Source: an uncultured Bryobacter sp. (GTDB lineage Bacteria > Acidobacteriota > Terriglobia > Bryobacterales > Bryobacteraceae). Taken from it: 64,000 nt of DNA. The DNA lies in the NCBI GenBank assembly GCA_964387685.1, contig CAYLXK010000024.1, positions 7,149 through 71,148 on the forward strand. Reading direction: 5' to 3'. The position numbers and the translations under genes were made by a program. A model generated the notes under the pieces. The model was not told where the DNA came from. It saw nothing but the letters and a program-made list of their open reading frames with translations, and searched no databases. This document shows, piece after piece, positions 26,358-35,857 of the stretch (position 1 is its first letter; every line of letters starts with the position of its first letter).

Positions 26358-29300
26358 ATGGCGTTTTCATTGACCGCTTGGGTTCCGCGGCTGGCTGTAG
26401 TTCCGCTCTTGTGCCACGCTGCCTTGGCGTCGATTTCTCCAGAAGCCGGCCAATACTCGATTCGCAACTACGCCCCGAAGGATTACGGCGCTTCGCCCCA
26501 GAATTGGGCGGTGGCCGAGGATTCCCGGGGCGTAATGTATTTTGGCAACACGGACGGCTTGCTGGAATTCGACGGTGTGCATTGGCGGCGGGTCGAATAT
26601 CCCGGCAACGGCACCGTGCGTTCTTTGGCGGTGGGCCCGGATGGGGCGGTCTATGTCGGAGGCCAGAACGAAGCCGGTTATCTCAGCACCGGCGCATCGG
26701 GCCGGACGCGCTATGTCTCGTTGCTGGACCGGCTCGACCCCAAAGAACGCCGCTTCGGTGAGGTCTGGTCCATTGTTGCCACGCCGGACGGAATTTACTT
26801 CAGCACCACAGAGCGCCTCATCCTCTGGAACCGCCAAGCGGGCGTGCGGACCTGGACCAGTGGAGGCCGCTTTCGGCGCGCCTTTTGGATCGAGGGCACT
26901 CTTTATGCGCAGGTGACCGGAAAGGGCCTGCTTCGTCTGGACCGCGAGACGCTGGTGCCGGCCGCCGGCGGCGAGAAGTTGGAAAAGGTAGACGTGCGGG
27001 GTGTCTTTAACTCCTCGCGCGGACCGGTGCTGGCGACAGGAAAGGGATTCTTCTTAAAGACTGCCACTGGCTTTGAAGAGCTAAGTACGGAAGCAAGCCG
27101 CGCCGCGGGCGAGGCTTTACTCTATCGACTCGCGCAGCTTCCAAACAACGTGGTCGCCCTCGGGACCGCGCGCGCGGGTTTGATACTTGCCGATAGCGAG
27201 GGGCGGGTCCTCCGTACTATACGCAAGGAATCGGGCCTGCCCAGCGACTATATCGCCGCGATCGCCGCAGACCGCCAGGGCGGAGTGTGGCTGGCCACCG
27301 GGAACGGGATTGCACGGTTTGTGCCTCGCTTCACCGAATACAGCGAAGCCAATGGACTACGCGGCTCGCTGTACACCTTGGGACGCTGGCGAGGAAGCCT
27401 CTATGCGGGAACAACGAGCGGCCTGTTTCGTTTGGACGGATCGGCACAAGGCGGCGTCTTCGTTCCAATGCCTGGGGTGATGGAAACGGTATGGGTAATG
27501 CTGTCGGGGCCCGACGGTTTATACATTGGGACCCAGCGGGGCCTCTATGTTTTGCGCGAGGATCGGCCGGAGTTGATTTGGCCGAGCGAAGTGGTCTACG
27601 ACCTGGCGTTTCCGCGCGGTTCTAAGGACCGTCTACTCCTGGCCGGGCGCGGCGGCGCCACGATCTTGCGCCGGCAGGGAAGCAAATGGGAGAAGGCGGC
27701 CGAGATTCCCAGTAAGGGCGAAGAATACCGGACGATTGCCGAGGGCGAGGACGGCTCGCTTTGGGCGACCACGCGGACCGCGATTCTGCGCGCCGATGCC
27801 AATACGGACCGGCCCACGGTAAAAACGTACCGCGCGGCCGAAGGGGTGCCGACGGGCTGGACAAATCTGTTTCGCATTGGCGCCAGTTTGTATTTCGCTA
27901 CCGAAAATGGCCTGATCCGGCCCACTGGCGATGGCCAGCGATTTGCAGCGGACGAGCGTCTGGGCCGGCCATGGGCCGACGGCTCGCGGGGCATTTTGTT
28001 GATGCGGCCGGATGCACGCGAAAACATCTGGATCAGCGGCCGGAACTATCATGGTGTCCTGACGAGACCGGCAAACAAGGAAGCCGAATGGCAGCCGATG
28101 CCGCTCGCGGGGGCGGGCCTAGATGAGCTGTGGGTGCTGCATGGAGACACGGACGGCGTGGTTTGGGCCAGTGGTTCCGAGGGGCGCCTGGTCCGCTACG
28201 ACCCGGCCTTTGCAAGCCCTATCCGGGAACCTTTGCGGGTACTTTTAACGGGCCTGCTGGATGCGAGGACGCGGCAGAGCCTGGGCGCCGGCGCCGGCGA
28301 GGGCGAGGGCCGCGCGCCGCTGCGTCTACCCTACAGCCTGAACAGCTTGCGGGCCGAGTTTTCCGCGCCGTTTTATGACGTTCAAGGGCGTGTCGAGTAT
28401 CAGGTCAGCACCCAGGACACGTTCAGCGATTCCGATCCCTGGTCCAACGAACCCTGGAAGGACTTGAGCAACCTGTGGGAAGGCCGTTACGAGCTCAAGG
28501 TCCGGGCTCGCAGCCCGTACGGCGACCGTAGCGAGGCGGCGACGTTGGCCTTCCGCATCGATCCCCCCTGGTACCGGGCCTGGTATGCGTATTTGCTCTA
28601 TGGTTTGTCTGGTGGGACGCTGGTCTGGGCGATCATACGATGGCGCTTGAGCGCCCTCAAGGCGAGCAACCTGGAGCTTGAAAGATTGGTGGATGAACGC
28701 ACAGCGGAAATTCGCCGTCAGCGCGACCAGATTTTCGAACAAGAGCAAAAGACCGAGGCCTTGTTGCTGAACATTCTGCCCGCGACCGTGGCCGAAGAGT
28801 TGCGGGCCAATGGGTCGGTGGAGCCGATGTACTTTGACGACGTCACAGTTTGCTTCACGGACTTTGTAGGCTTCACGGTATCGAGCGAAAAAATCGAGGC
28901 CGGAGCCCTCGTGGCGCGGCTGCATGAATACTTCACCGCCTTCGATCACATTGTGGCGCGCTATGGCTTGGAGAAGCTGAAGACGATCGGCGACTCTTAC
29001 ATGTTTGTGGCGGGCCTGCCGGAGGCGGACTCAGAACACGCCAGCAAAGCGGTGTTGGCCGCGCTGGAGATTGTCGCCGCAGCCCAAGCCATTGGAGCCC
29101 GTCAAACCGGCTTGAGCTGGTCTTTGCGCGTGGGATTGCATTCCGGGCCCGTGGTGGCCGGCGTGGTGGGGCAAAAGAAGTTTGCCTTCGACGTTTGGGG
29201 AGATACGGTGAATCTGGCCTCGCGCATGGAATCCAGTGGATCGCCTAATCGAGTAAACCTCTCGCGGCAGACTTACGATTTAGTCCGGCACGCGGTGCGT

Positions 29301-29417
29301 TGCGAAGCGAGGGGACCGGTGCGCACCAAAGACGGGCGGGACTTAGAGATGTTTTTTGCCGTGGAGCCGTTGGCGGCGCCGGAGCAGGTCGAGAGCCGGA
29401 GCGCGACGAAAGCCTGA
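26358..29417 (+). CDS. Sensor adenylate/guanylate cyclase: periplasmic beta-propeller (Reg_prop) + Y_Y_Y + TM + class III cyclase
   Basis: 1019 aa. Repeated propeller blades. YELKVRARSPYG (Y_Y_Y). TM helix AWYAYLLYGLSGGTLVWAII. Cyclase core VTVCFTDFVGFT...KTIGDSYMFVAGLP...VWGDTVNLASRMES. Confidence 0.85.
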   Translation: MAFSLTAWVPRLAVVPLLCHAALASISPEAGQYSIRNYAPKDYGASPQNWAVAEDSRGVMYFGNTDGLLEFDGVHWRRVEYPGNGTVRSLAVGPDGAVYVGGQNEAGYLSTGASGRTRYVSLLDRLDPKERRFGEVWSIVATPDGIYFSTTERLILWNRQAGVRTWTSGGRFRRAFWIEGTLYAQVTGKGLLRLDRETLVPAAGGEKLEKVDVRGVFNSSRGPVLATGKGFFLKTATGFEELSTEASRAAGEALLYRLAQLPNNVVALGTARAGLILADSEGRVLRTIRKESGLPSDYIAAIAADRQGGVWLATGNGIARFVPRFTEYSEANGLRGSLYTLGRWRGSLYAGTTSGLFRLDGSAQGGVFVPMPGVMETVWVMLSGPDGLYIGTQRGLYVLREDRPELIWPSEVVYDLAFPRGSKDRLLLAGRGGATILRRQGSKWEKAAEIPSKGEEYRTIAEGEDGSLWATTRTAILRADANTDRPTVKTYRAAEGVPTGWTNLFRIGASLYFATENGLIRPTGDGQRFAADERLGRPWADGSRGILLMRPDARENIWISGRNYHGVLTRPANKEAEWQPMPLAGAGLDELWVLHGDTDGVVWASGSEGRLVRYDPAFASPIREPLRVLLTGLLDARTRQSLGAGAGEGEGRAPLRLPYSLNSLRAEFSAPFYDVQGRVEYQVSTQDTFSDSDPWSNEPWKDLSNLWEGRYELKVRARSPYGDRSEAATLAFRIDPPWYRAWYAYLLYGLSGGTLVWAIIRWRLSALKASNLELERLVDERTAEIRRQRDQIFEQEQKTEALLLNILPATVAEELRANGSVEPMYFDDVTVCFTDFVGFTVSSEKIEAGALVARLHEYFTAFDHIVARYGLEKLKTIGDSYMFVAGLPEADSEHASKAVLAALEIVAAAQAIGARQTGLSWSLRVGLHSGPVVAGVVGQKKFAFDVWGDTVNLASRMESSGSPNRVNLSRQTYDLVRHAVRCEARGPVRTKDGRDLEMFFAVEPLAAPEQVESRSATKA

Positions 29418-29433
29418 GGGCGGCGGCACGGGC

Positions 29434-29480
29434 GCGCGGCGCGACTGCTGCGCGGCGCGACTGCTGCGCGGCGAGACTGG
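29434..29480. repeat. 16-bp tandem repeat, about 2.9 copies
   Basis: GCGCGGCGCGACTGCT twice, then degenerate GCGCGGCGAGACTGG, in the 73-bp gap between convergent genes. Confidence 0.8.
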
Positions 29481-29490
29481 GGTCGTAGCC

Positions 29491-30330
29491 TTAAATCCGG
29501 TAGGCGCGGCCCTCGCGGGCGATTTCGACGGCCGGGAAATGCTCGCGCGCTTCGGCCAAGACGGCATCCATAAACTCGTCGGTGTGTGAGGGGTCGTGGT
29601 GGGACAAGATCAGAAGTTTGACCTGTGCGTCCTGGGCGACCTTGACGCCTTCGAGCCAAGTACTGTGGCCCCAGCCTTGCTTGGATGCATATTCGGCGGG
29701 AGTGAACTGGGAATCGTAGATGAGGATGTCGGCGCCTTCGGCATGCTCGCGGATGGAGCGGTCCAGCCGAGGGTCGCCGTGCTCGTGATCGCAGGCGTGG
29801 ACGATGACGGCTCCGCCGGCTTCGAGGCGAAAGCCGGTTGCGCCCTGGGGATGATTTAACTCAAAAGGCACCACGTGCAAGGCGCCGCCGCGGAGGCTTT
29901 TGCCGCCTTGGTCGAACGAAGAGAAAGCCCGTTGCGCGCCAAGAAGTTCGAACTGCACTGGGAAATAGGGGTGAGTCATTTGGCCCTCCAGGATATTGCG
30001 GACTTCTTCCGGAGGGCGGGAGGTGTGAAAGGTGATGCGGTTCTTGGGGCTATACAGAGGCGCAAAGAAGGGGATGCCCTGGATGTGATCCCAGTGAAAA
30101 TGGGTCATCAAGATTTCGAGATCGATGCTCTGGCCGGCGGACGCTTCAACGAGATGCAGGCCGAGTTTGCGGGCCCCGGTGCCGCCGTCGATCACCACGG
30201 ATTCGCCCGTAGGGAGGCGCAATTCCAGACAGGTGGTATTGCCGCCGTAACCTAAGTTTTCCGGGGCTGGGGTGGGGATGGAGCCTCGAACGCCCCAAAA
30301 TTTCAACTCCAAGCGAAAGTCTGTATTCAT
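29491..30330 (-). CDS. MBL-fold metallo-hydrolase (candidate class II cyclic-nucleotide phosphodiesterase-like)
   Basis: LKFWGVRGSIPTP, THFHWDHIQG (HxHxDH) and ILSHHDPSH. Start trimmed to MNTDF (ATG 30330). Confidence 0.75.
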   Translation of the reverse strand: MNTDFRLELKFWGVRGSIPTPAPENLGYGGNTTCLELRLPTGESVVIDGGTGARKLGLHLVEASAGQSIDLEILMTHFHWDHIQGIPFFAPLYSPKNRITFHTSRPPEEVRNILEGQMTHPYFPVQFELLGAQRAFSSFDQGGKSLRGGALHVVPFELNHPQGATGFRLEAGGAVIVHACDHEHGDPRLDRSIREHAEGADILIYDSQFTPAEYASKQGWGHSTWLEGVKVAQDAQVKLLILSHHDPSHTDEFMDAVLAEAREHFPAVEIAREGRAYRI

Positions 30331-30438
30331 GCCGGTGCTGGAGTCTCCATTGCGAATGAAAAACGGGCGATCAATCTTTCGATTGTAATGGACAAATCGC
30401 GGCGCGTCCGTGGGGCAGTCGGTACAATACAAAAACCG

Positions 30439-31668
30439 ATGCAAAGAGAGCATATCTCCCGGGTTATCTTCGAGTACGCCGGCAAGATCGGCGGGGCCCG
30501 CGAGACTGGGGCCACCCTACGCCTGAACGCCGACATGGCGCGCGATTTAGTGGGGGCGGACCGTTGCAGCATTTGGCTGGTGGATTCAAGAGCGGCCCAG
30601 TTATGGACCATGGTGGCGCACGGCGTATCGGAATTGCGCATTCCGCTGGGGCAGGGCATTGTGGGCGCGGCGGTGGAGGCCAACGAGACGATTCTGGTGA
30701 ACGACGCTGCGGCGGACCCTCGTTTTTTACAGTCGGCGTCGAGCGGATACGAGACGAAGTCGTTGCTGGTGATTCCGCTGCATGCAAGCGACGGGGCCGT
30801 CATTGGGGCGCTGCAGGCTTTGAATAAGCCGGGCGGCTTCACGGAAGAAGACGTGAACCTGCTGGCGCTCGCGGCCACCTATTCAGCTTCGGCGATTGAA
30901 ACGCAAAGACTGCGTATGGAAGCGGAAGCCGCGCGCCTGATGCTGCGCGAGATGGAAATCGCCCGCGATGTGCAGCAGCGGCTTTTCCCCGCTGAGCATC
31001 CCAAGCTGGCGGCTCTGGAAGCGACGGCCTACTGCCGGCCGGCGAAATCGGTGGGCGGCGACTACTACGATTTCGTCGCAATGTCGGACGGGGGATTGTT
31101 CTTCACCTTGGGCGACGTGGCGGGGAAGGGCATCGCGGCGGCGGTGCTGATGGCGAGCATTCAGGCGTCGATCCGTTCGCAGGTGATGAGTCCGCCGGAA
31201 TCGTTGGCCCGGTTGGTGGGCACGTTCAACAAGGCGGTGGAATCCTTTTCGCGTTCGGAGCGCTACTCCACTTTATTCTGCGGTAAGTTTGACGCGACGT
31301 TGCGTAAGTTGACCTATGTGAATGCCGGGCAAGTGGAGCCGATGTTACTGCGCGCGGCGACCGGAGAGGTGGAGCGTCTTTCGACGGGCGGCCCGCCGGT
31401 GGGCTTGCTGTCCTTCGCCACTTATGAGCAGGCGGAAGTGACGCTGGCTGAAGGGGATATCGTACTGGGTTACTCCGACGGCATCAGCGAAGCGACGAAT
31501 GTGGCGGGCGAAATGTGGGACGACATCGAGGTACGGCGGATCCTGAAGGGCTCTGGACAACTGAGCGCGGCCGAGCTGCAGGCGCGCGTGATTGCGGCGG
31601 CGGACGCCTTTGCGGGCGAGGCCGAACAAGCCGACGACTTGACGGTGATGGTGCTGAAGGCGGTCTAG
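30439..31668 (+). CDS. GAF-domain PP2C/SpoIIE-family protein phosphatase
   Basis: GAF region (CSIWLVDSRAAQLWT...LVIPL). PP2C region (ARDVQQRLFP, GGDYYDF, LGDVAGKG, DDLTVMVL). Confidence 0.85.
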   Translation: MQREHISRVIFEYAGKIGGARETGATLRLNADMARDLVGADRCSIWLVDSRAAQLWTMVAHGVSELRIPLGQGIVGAAVEANETILVNDAAADPRFLQSASSGYETKSLLVIPLHASDGAVIGALQALNKPGGFTEEDVNLLALAATYSASAIETQRLRMEAEAARLMLREMEIARDVQQRLFPAEHPKLAALEATAYCRPAKSVGGDYYDFVAMSDGGLFFTLGDVAGKGIAAAVLMASIQASIRSQVMSPPESLARLVGTFNKAVESFSRSERYSTLFCGKFDATLRKLTYVNAGQVEPMLLRAATGEVERLSTGGPPVGLLSFATYEQAEVTLAEGDIVLGYSDGISEATNVAGEMWDDIEVRRILKGSGQLSAAELQARVIAAADAFAGEAEQADDLTVMVLKAV

Positions 31669-31675
31669 CCTCGCG

Positions 31676-32542
31676 TTAGGGTTTGTGTTCGGCGCCTTCG
31701 GTGGGAGCGACGCCTTTTTTGGCTTCACTGCCCGCGCCCATGCCCAACTCAATGCGGACTCCGGTACGGATCAGAGAGGCTTCGCTCGGTCCCTGGAAGA
31801 AAGAATAACCGGTGCGCGTGGCTTTCCATGCGAGCGGTCCCGCGACTTTCTTGCCGGCTTTGGTGACGGCATCTAAGACCTTAGTGACCATAGCTTCATA
31901 TTTGGGGTCGCCTTGCTTCAGGCCGGTGAAGCTGCTTAAGTCCGTGCTGGCGATAAAGACGACATCCACGCCGGGAACGGCGGCGAGTTCCGCGGCAATG
32001 TTGACGCCAAGCTGGGATTCGACCATGGCCACGATCATGATGTTGTCGTTGGCGATCTGGCGATAGTCCGGCCCCCAAAGCGCCCCGTACTGGCCGCCGC
32101 CCTGGCTGCGCTTGCCGCGGGGTGGGTACATGGCGAACTTGATGGCGTTCTTGATTTTTTCCACGTCGTCCACCATCGGGACGATGATGCCGGCGGCGCC
32201 CATATCGACGGCCTTTTGGATGTCGCCTTCGGTGGCATCGGGAACACGGATGAAGGGCATGGCGGGAGCGCCCTTGCAGGCCATGATCATATGCGCGACG
32301 TCCTGGTAGCTCATGGGGCTATGCTGCATTTCGATCCAGAGGAAGTCGAAGCCGGAGTTGGCCATGGCGCAATAGGTATCGGGGTCGGCCACCTGGACGG
32401 TGCCGCCGACGACCTGTTTGCCGGCGGCCAGCTTTTGCTTGACGGTGTTAAAGATGCGTGGGCCCGGTTGCTGCGCAAGCAGGCCAGAGGCGGGGAAGGA
32501 GAGCAGCGCCAGGGCGGCGGCGGATAGGAAGCGCTTCGTCAT
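31676..32542 (-). CDS. HpcH/HpaI-family aldolase with N-terminal signal peptide
   Basis: GFDFLWIEMQHSP, PFIRVP and MVESQLGV. Signal MTKRFLSAAALALLSFPASGLLAQ. Confidence 0.8.
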   Translation of the reverse strand: MTKRFLSAAALALLSFPASGLLAQQPGPRIFNTVKQKLAAGKQVVGGTVQVADPDTYCAMANSGFDFLWIEMQHSPMSYQDVAHMIMACKGAPAMPFIRVPDATEGDIQKAVDMGAAGIIVPMVDDVEKIKNAIKFAMYPPRGKRSQGGGQYGALWGPDYRQIANDNIMIVAMVESQLGVNIAAELAAVPGVDVVFIASTDLSSFTGLKQGDPKYEAMVTKVLDAVTKAGKKVAGPLAWKATRTGYSFFQGPSEASLIRTGVRIELGMGAGSEAKKGVAPTEGAEHKP

Positions 32543-32566
32543 ACCCGCCGATCATATACCTCTTGG

Positions 32567-35089
32567 CTAGAACGCGGTGCAACTGAGAGTGCCGCGGCGC
32601 AAGGAGCGGCCGTCGGTTTCGCTGTCGTCGGCCCAGAAGACGGGTTTGCGGTTATTGGAGCAAAGTGCGGCGGGGGCGATGGCAAAGCCTTCGTTGTTGA
32701 GATCGGGCAGGCCCGACGGGCGTTCAAAGCGGCGAGCCACGGTGAACTTGGCCGTCGCATCGATGCGCAGGACGACCGAGCGGCCTTGGCAGGTGTTGTC
32801 GCAGACGGCCCAGAGGTCGTTGAGGTCGCGGTCGAATTGGAGGTCCATGACGCCGGCGAGGCCTGTGGTGATGGTGGCCACGCGCGTGAAGCCATTGCTG
32901 GTGTGATCGAGCGCGTACGCGTAAACGATGCCATTGGCTTCGACGCCCACAAAGAAAAGGCCCGTGCCGTGATTGGCATAGTCGGCCGGGTTGTAGGCGC
33001 GGTTCTTGCTTTCGTCGAAGAAATTGCGGGCCGTGAGATAGGAGTCGGGGATCCAGGTAATAGCTTCGAGACCCAAATTGGGGCCGACCGCCGGAAGATC
33101 GGCCGTGAGGTTCCATTCATTGGTGGCGGTCAGGACGGCGCCGGTGGCCGAGGGATCGAAACGCAGGATGCTGTTGCGGCTGACGCCGTTGTTTGCGTTA
33201 TCGCGCTCGGAGGCGATGTAGATGCCGGCGCTAGACGCGGCGCCGGCGAAGGTTACGCCTTCGGCATCGACGTCGCCCATACCGTTGGGATAGCGCAGAG
33301 CCTTGCCGGTGCTCCAGTTGTTGGCGGGGTCGGGAGTCCAGATGCTGCCGTCGAAGATCAGGCGGAAGAGAGTTCCCGGGCCGTTGCGGGCAGCCCAGAG
33401 TACGCCGGGGGTGGCGGAGCCCGAGCCTTCATAGACCAAGCCGCTCATGTTGCCGTTGAAGACGCGAAGGCCATCGACGGCGCTAACGGCGCTGTCGCCG
33501 GGCCAGGTGTCGAAGGTGACGTCGCCCGCGCAGGCATTTACCACGCCCTTTGTAGAAGAGACGGTGGTGGCGAAGGCACCGCTGCCATTGGGGCAGCGGC
33601 CATAGGTGGTGGTGGCGTGGGCGGTCCAGGAGTAGGAATCGACAACGGCACCACGGGGATCAAAGAGGCGCACGCTGTCTTCGCCGCCCAGGCCATAACC
33701 GAGCGACGATTCCTCAACGACTAGATAAGCACCGGCAGCGACCGTGGAGCCCGCCGGGAGAACGTAGGTATTGGCGTCATTGTTGTCGCGGAGAAGGAAG
33801 CCGGAGAGATCAAGCGGGCTGGCGCCTGTGTTCAATAGCTCCACCCAATCTCCGGGCGTGCCCCCATTGGATTCGATTTCGTTGATGCGGATGGGCGGTG
33901 TGCAATCGTTAGCGGCACCCTTAGTGGAGGAGGTGGTGGTGGTGAGGGCGCCGCTGGCATTCGGGCAGCGGCCATAGGTGGTGGCGGCATGGGGAGTCCA
34001 GTTGTACGAATCGGCGAGCGTGCCGTCCGGGCGAAAAAGGCGCGCCGCGTCCGGCGTGCCGAGGCCGAAGTTGAAGGCCGCTTCTTCGAGAAGATAGTAG
34101 CCGCCGGCCGGGACGGAAACGCCCGCAGCCACGCGGAAGGTGCGGGAGTCGTCGTTATCTTTGAAGCCGTAGCCGGATAGGTCGACCGAGCCGGGGCCGG
34201 GGTTGTAGAGTTCGACCCAATCGCCGGGCGTGCCGCCGTTAGACTCTACTTCGTTGATGCGGATGTTGGCGGGAAGGCAGGCATCGGTGCTGGACGTCGC
34301 GATGGTGACGTTGTTGCTGAGGACGCCGCCAGAGCGGACTTGGATATCGACCAGGCAACTGAGCGCGGTCGAGGCGGGAAGGTTGAAGACGATTTGGTCA
34401 AGGCCGGGGTAGCCCTGGGAACGGCCCGCATAGAGGGGCGTGACTTCGAGGCCGTTGACGAGGACGCGGATCTGCGCGGCGTTAGTTTGATCGCCGGAAG
34501 TGCCGCCCGTGTCGGAGGCGAGGTCCGCACCGAGACCCGTGCCCCAAAGATCGACACGTTCGCCTGGCCGGGCGGGACGGGTTTCAAAGTCTCCCAGGCG
34601 GCCGAGGTTCGAATTGCGCTGCAGAATGAGTTTGGCGTCGAGCGTGGCTTGGGCGATACCGTTGCCATCGCTGCTGGCGGTGACGATGCCGGGCTTGCGT
34701 GCGACTACGGACGTGCGAAAGGGCGCCGAGACGGCGCTGCCGTTTTCGACGCGCAGATCGTAGGCGCCCAAAGCGGCGTTAGAGGGAAGTATGGCCGCGA
34801 GTTGGTTTACGCCGCCTGCGTTGAATGTGTAAACCATGAGCGGAGAGACGACCGTGCCCCCCGTGACCGCGGTGAGGGAGAGCTTCACGTTGTTCAGCGT
34901 GGTGGGATAGAGCGGAGCGGGCGCGGTGACCGTGCCGGCCGCGCTGAGCCCGGTGCCTTTGACTACGAAAACGGAGCCTTGGGCGAGGTTATTCGTATAG
35001 GCGGCGCCGTCGAGTACGGCGCTTACTACGGGCTGGGCCAGAGCCGTTAGGGTGCTGCAGGCCAGGATCGCGAGAAGTCGTTTCATCAT
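32567..35089 (-). CDS. Large secreted protein: two Ig-like N-terminal modules, two lamin-tail domains, C-terminal propeller/phytase-like domain
   Basis: 840 aa. Signal MMKRLLAILACSTLTALAQ. Two copies of INE(V/I)ESNGGTPGDWVEL-N-G...DLSG. C-terminal 320 aa with repeated beta-strand motifs. Confidence 0.65.
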   Translation of the reverse strand: MMKRLLAILACSTLTALAQPVVSAVLDGAAYTNNLAQGSVFVVKGTGLSAAGTVTAPAPLYPTTLNNVKLSLTAVTGGTVVSPLMVYTFNAGGVNQLAAILPSNAALGAYDLRVENGSAVSAPFRTSVVARKPGIVTASSDGNGIAQATLDAKLILQRNSNLGRLGDFETRPARPGERVDLWGTGLGADLASDTGGTSGDQTNAAQIRVLVNGLEVTPLYAGRSQGYPGLDQIVFNLPASTALSCLVDIQVRSGGVLSNNVTIATSSTDACLPANIRINEVESNGGTPGDWVELYNPGPGSVDLSGYGFKDNDDSRTFRVAAGVSVPAGGYYLLEEAAFNFGLGTPDAARLFRPDGTLADSYNWTPHAATTYGRCPNASGALTTTTSSTKGAANDCTPPIRINEIESNGGTPGDWVELLNTGASPLDLSGFLLRDNNDANTYVLPAGSTVAAGAYLVVEESSLGYGLGGEDSVRLFDPRGAVVDSYSWTAHATTTYGRCPNGSGAFATTVSSTKGVVNACAGDVTFDTWPGDSAVSAVDGLRVFNGNMSGLVYEGSGSATPGVLWAARNGPGTLFRLIFDGSIWTPDPANNWSTGKALRYPNGMGDVDAEGVTFAGAASSAGIYIASERDNANNGVSRNSILRFDPSATGAVLTATNEWNLTADLPAVGPNLGLEAITWIPDSYLTARNFFDESKNRAYNPADYANHGTGLFFVGVEANGIVYAYALDHTSNGFTRVATITTGLAGVMDLQFDRDLNDLWAVCDNTCQGRSVVLRIDATAKFTVARRFERPSGLPDLNNEGFAIAPAALCSNNRKPVFWADDSETDGRSLRRGTLSCTAF
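33530..34264 (-). repeat. Tandem intragenic duplication (2 x about 124 aa lamin-tail domain)
   Basis: Residues about 276-399 and 400-520 align end to end (IRINEVESNGGTPGDWVELYNPG... / IRINEIESNGGTPGDWVELLNTG..., both ending TTYGRCPN-SGA..TT.SSTKG). Confidence 0.85.
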
Positions 35090-35176
35090 TCTGTGGTTGC
35101 CAAATCGTGCCCTTTACGTTCTCGTGTTTTCATTAACGGACGATGACGGTTGGATGAAATTGCGGAGCGGCGGGCT

Positions 35177-35836
35177 TCAGGCGATGCGGAGGGAAATCAG
35201 GTAATCGCAAAACTCGACGACGCCGGAGCCGCGCTTGGCCGAGGTCGGCCAAATGGAAACGTCGGGGCGGATGGCGCGGATGTTGAGTTCGGCGAGGGCT
35301 TGGTCGAATTCGCAGGCGGCGGCCAAGTCCATTTTGGTGAGAACGACCACGTCGGCACTATGGAAGAGCTTCGGATACTTCAAGGGTTTGTCTTCGCCTT
35401 CGGTGGCGCTGAGCAAAACGATACGCGCGGTTTCTCCCAGATCCCAGGCGGCGGGGCAGACCAGATTGCCGATGTTTTCAATAAAGAGGAAATCAAGTTC
35501 GGAGAGGGACCAGCCTTCGAGGTGGCGCTCGACCATATCGGCTTCCAGATGGCAAAGGGTGTGCGTTTCAATCTGGCGGGCGGGGGCGCCGCTTTCGGCA
35601 AGACGGCGGGCATCGAGATCGGTTTCCAGGTCTCCAACCAGGGCGGCGGGGCGGAAGCCTTGGGTGCGGAGGTGAATAAGGACCTGCTTGAGGAGCGCTG
35701 TCTTACCGGTGCCGGGACTGGAGACCCAATTGAAGACCGTTAGGTGGGCGGCGCGGAAGCGTTGGCGGAGTTCGTGGGCCAGAGTATCGTTCTTGTGCAG
35801 AACGTTCTTGCGGATTTCCACGATGCGGGTGGTCAT
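35177..35836 (-). CDS. hypB: Hydrogenase nickel-incorporation GTPase HypB
   Basis: SSPGTGKTALL P-loop, ENIGNLVCPA and LTKMDL. No His-rich or CxxCGC N-terminal tail. Confidence 0.9.
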   Translation of the reverse strand: MTTRIVEIRKNVLHKNDTLAHELRQRFRAAHLTVFNWVSSPGTGKTALLKQVLIHLRTQGFRPAALVGDLETDLDARRLAESGAPARQIETHTLCHLEADMVERHLEGWSLSELDFLFIENIGNLVCPAAWDLGETARIVLLSATEGEDKPLKYPKLFHSADVVVLTKMDLAAACEFDQALAELNIRAIRPDVSIWPTSAKRGSGVVEFCDYLISLRIA

Positions 35837-35857
35837 AAATGAGGAGGAGCGGAGAGC

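Noticed and set aside
29434-29480. Possible CRISPR-like repeat.
   Set aside because: There are only about 3 directly abutting 16-bp units with no spacers, and no cas genes are in the window. It is a simple tandem repeat.
35100-35125. Sigma-54-like sequence upstream of the lamin-tail-domain gene (minus strand AGGGCACGATTTGGCAA).
   Set aside because: Aligning the canonical GGCAC gives a GG-to-GC spacing one nt too short. The alternative register loses the -24 consensus, and the element abuts the ATG.
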